Shown here: one piece after another, positions 62,152 through 64,000 of the stretch
Layout of the letters: each line of letters starts with the position of its first letter
Numbering within the stretch: position 1 is the stretch's first letter
Program-made: the position numbers and the translations under genes
Notes under the pieces: generated by a model
What the model was told of the DNA's origin: nothing
The model's database searches: none
What the model saw: the letters and a program-made list of their open reading frames with translations, nothing else
NCBI GenBank assembly: GCA_958423535.1
Contig: CATZRJ010000002.1
Span: 11,987-75,986 of the forward strand
Length of the DNA: 64,000 bases
Direction of reading: 5' to 3'
Origin: an uncultured Collinsella sp.
GTDB lineage: Bacteria; Actinomycetota; Coriobacteriia; Coriobacteriales; Coriobacteriaceae

Positions 62152-64000
62152 CTAGGCTTTCTTTGCGGGCTTTTTCTTCTTGCTCGGCATCGAGACCTTA
62201 ATGCCCTGGGCAGACTTGGTCACACGCGAGCGAGTGACGCCCGCGCTCTTCTTTTTCTTGGGCTGGGCCTTTTCCACACCCTCGAGCGCGCGAACCTCGG
62301 CCTCGCGAGCGGTGCGCTCCTCGCGGCGCTGCGCCATATCGGCGGCGACGCGCTTGGCAAAACGCTGGGCAGTTGAACCAGTAGAGCTCACCTTGCCGCC
62401 ACCACGACCCAGGTGAATGCGTACGCCGCGGCCAAAGCCAGTGGCAGCATGGCGACGGCGCGGCTTAAGCGAATCCATCATCGTGGCGAGCTTAAAGAAC
62501 ACCGTGCAGGTAAAGACGACGATTGCCAGCAAGATAACCGCCTCGCCCATCGACAGGTTGGCGATGGACAGCAGCTCCGGGAATCCGATAACGCCCGCCA
62601 GGATGCCGACGACAACAAACACAAAGAGCACCACGCGCAAGGGAGTGAGCGGCTGCGAGATACGCCAGATCAGGCTCACACTCGCCGCGCACGACGTAAG
62701 CAGGCACATAGTCGAAAGGGTAAGCTGGTTGAAGCCAAACACGCGCGCCACAAAGATATCGAGCGCCGCGGCCATAATGACCGCCAGCGACGCTGGCAGC
62801 GCACGCTTGAGCACGTTGGTCAAGAATGACCCCTTCACGCGGGCATTATTGGGCTCCAGACCAAGCACAAAGCCCGGCGCGCCGATGCAGAAGAAGTTAA
62901 TGAGTGTCATCTGAATCGGCTCGAAGGGATACGGCGGAAACGCGATACACAGCGCCGCCAAGCCCATCGAAAACAGCGTCTTGGTCAGAAACAGCGCCGC
63001 AGAGCGCTGCAGGTTGTTGATGGAACGACGACCCTCGGCCACCACGGCGGGCATCGAGGCAAAATCGTTGTCGACCAGCACGATCTCGGCCACGTTGCGC
63101 GCAGCATCGGAACCGGCGGCCATGGCCACGGAGCAGTCGGCCTCCTTGAGCGCCAGCACGTCGTTGACGCCGTCGCCCGTCATGGCAACGGTATGGTCGC
63201 GACGCTTGAGCGCCTGCACGAGCTCGCGCTTCTGCTGCGGGGTCACGCGACCAAAGACGTGGTAGCGATCCACTGCCGCGTCGATCTTGGACGGCGTATC
63301 GAGCGTCGTGGCGTCGACGTAGGCATCGGCCCCCGGAACGCCCACCACGCGCGCGATCGACGACACCGTGCGCGGGTCGTCGCCGCTGATCACGTTGAGG
63401 GTCACGCCCTGCTCGTTAAAGTAGCCGATGGTCTCGGCGGCCGAGGAGCGGATCTCGTCGCGAATGGTCACAAAGCCCACGGGCTCGGCCTCGCCCACCA
63501 TATCGCCATCGGGCGTAAAGCCGTCAACACGGGCCACAACAAGCACGCGGCAGGTGTCGGCGAGCTCGGCCACACGGTTCTCGACCTGCGCAAAGACGCG
63601 CTCCGAAAGTACAAATTGCGCTGCGCCCATCACATAGGAGCCCTGCGCAAACGAGGCGCCGCTCCACTTTTTGGACGACGAGAACGGAATGACCGCCAGC
63701 GGCTCGGACACCTCGACCGGGCGGTCGGCGTAATAGTTGAGCAGCGCCTGACAGGTCTCGTTGGCGTCTGCCGAGGTGGCACGCGCCACGTTGGCGAGCG
63801 CAAAATCGAGGACTGTGGTCTCGACGGGGACAGACACCTCGCTCTCCCCCGCGCCCGTGCCAGCGCCCTCAATCGGCAATGGATAGGTGCCCTCGACCTC
63901 CATGCGACCCGACGTGATGGTGCCCGTCTTGTCCAAGCACAACACGTCGACGCGCGCGAGCGTCTCGATGCAGTAGAGCTGCTGCGCGAGTACCTTGCGG
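62152..64000 (-). CDS. P-type cation-transporting ATPase (CtpE-like), 5' truncated by window
   Basis: DKTGT, PFSSSKKWS, SGD, MTGDGVND, EGRR.INN; frame stays open to the window edge. Confidence 0.9.
   Translation of the reverse strand, partial: RKVLAQQLYCIETLARVDVLCLDKTGTITSGRMEVEGTYPLPIEGAGTGAGESEVSVPVETTVLDFALANVARATSADANETCQALLNYYADRPVEVSEPLAVIPFSSSKKWSGASFAQGSYVMGAAQFVLSERVFAQVENRVAELADTCRVLVVARVDGFTPDGDMVGEAEPVGFVTIRDEIRSSAAETIGYFNEQGVTLNVISGDDPRTVSSIARVVGVPGADAYVDATTLDTPSKIDAAVDRYHVFGRVTPQQKRELVQALKRRDHTVAMTGDGVNDVLALKEADCSVAMAAGSDAARNVAEIVLVDNDFASMPAVVAEGRRSINNLQRSAALFLTKTLFSMGLAALCIAFPPYPFEPIQMTLINFFCIGAPGFVLGLEPNNARVKGSFLTNVLKRALPASLAVIMAAALDIFVARVFGFNQLTLSTMCLLTSCAASVSLIWRISQPLTPLRVVLFVFVVVGILAGVIGFPELLSIANLSMGEAVILLAIVVFTCTVFFKLATMMDSLKPRRRHAATGFGRGVRIHLGRGGGKVSSTGSTAQRFAKRVAADMAQRREERTAREAEVRALEGVEKAQPKKKKSAGVTRSRVTKSAQGIKVSMPSKKKKPAKKA

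Overview
GC-rich core-genome window, almost entirely minus-strand. The mix of actinobacterial markers (mIHF) with Firmicute-like gene sets (glyQS, trmFO, pyrK/pyrD, mreBCD) suggests a Coriobacteriia gut anaerobe, probably Collinsella-like (inference). In coordinate order it holds: holA-comEC-comEA; thiI-rpoZ-gmk-mIHF; the pyrRBCKDF operon with an attenuator; rpmB; adhE plus a phosphotransferase; proS-ispG-rseP-dxr-cdsA-uppS-frr-pyrH-tsf-rpsB; xerC-trmFO-dprA-comM-yraN-rnhB-rplS; ppdK-PDRP-glySQ-lepB-trmD-rimM-khpA-rpsP; dinB; rsfS-yqeK-nadD-obg-rpmA-rplU; a radical SAM pair; rodA-pbp2-mreDCB; TPR, cyclophilin and zinc-ribbon genes; and a truncated P-type ATPase. No rRNA, tRNA, CRISPR array, prophage or IS element was seen. 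Main observations: (1) an identical 17-bp direct-repeat box (TTTGGTCAGCTTTTGGT) 74-79 bp upstream of both natural-transformation operons, a candidate competence regulon site; (2) xerC appears to need a non-canonical ATA start overlapping the trmFO stop; (3) a family of ~30-35 bp REP-like intergenic elements with covarying termini; (4) RseP with an inserted wHTH-like domain; (5) an APH-like kinase coupled to adhE.
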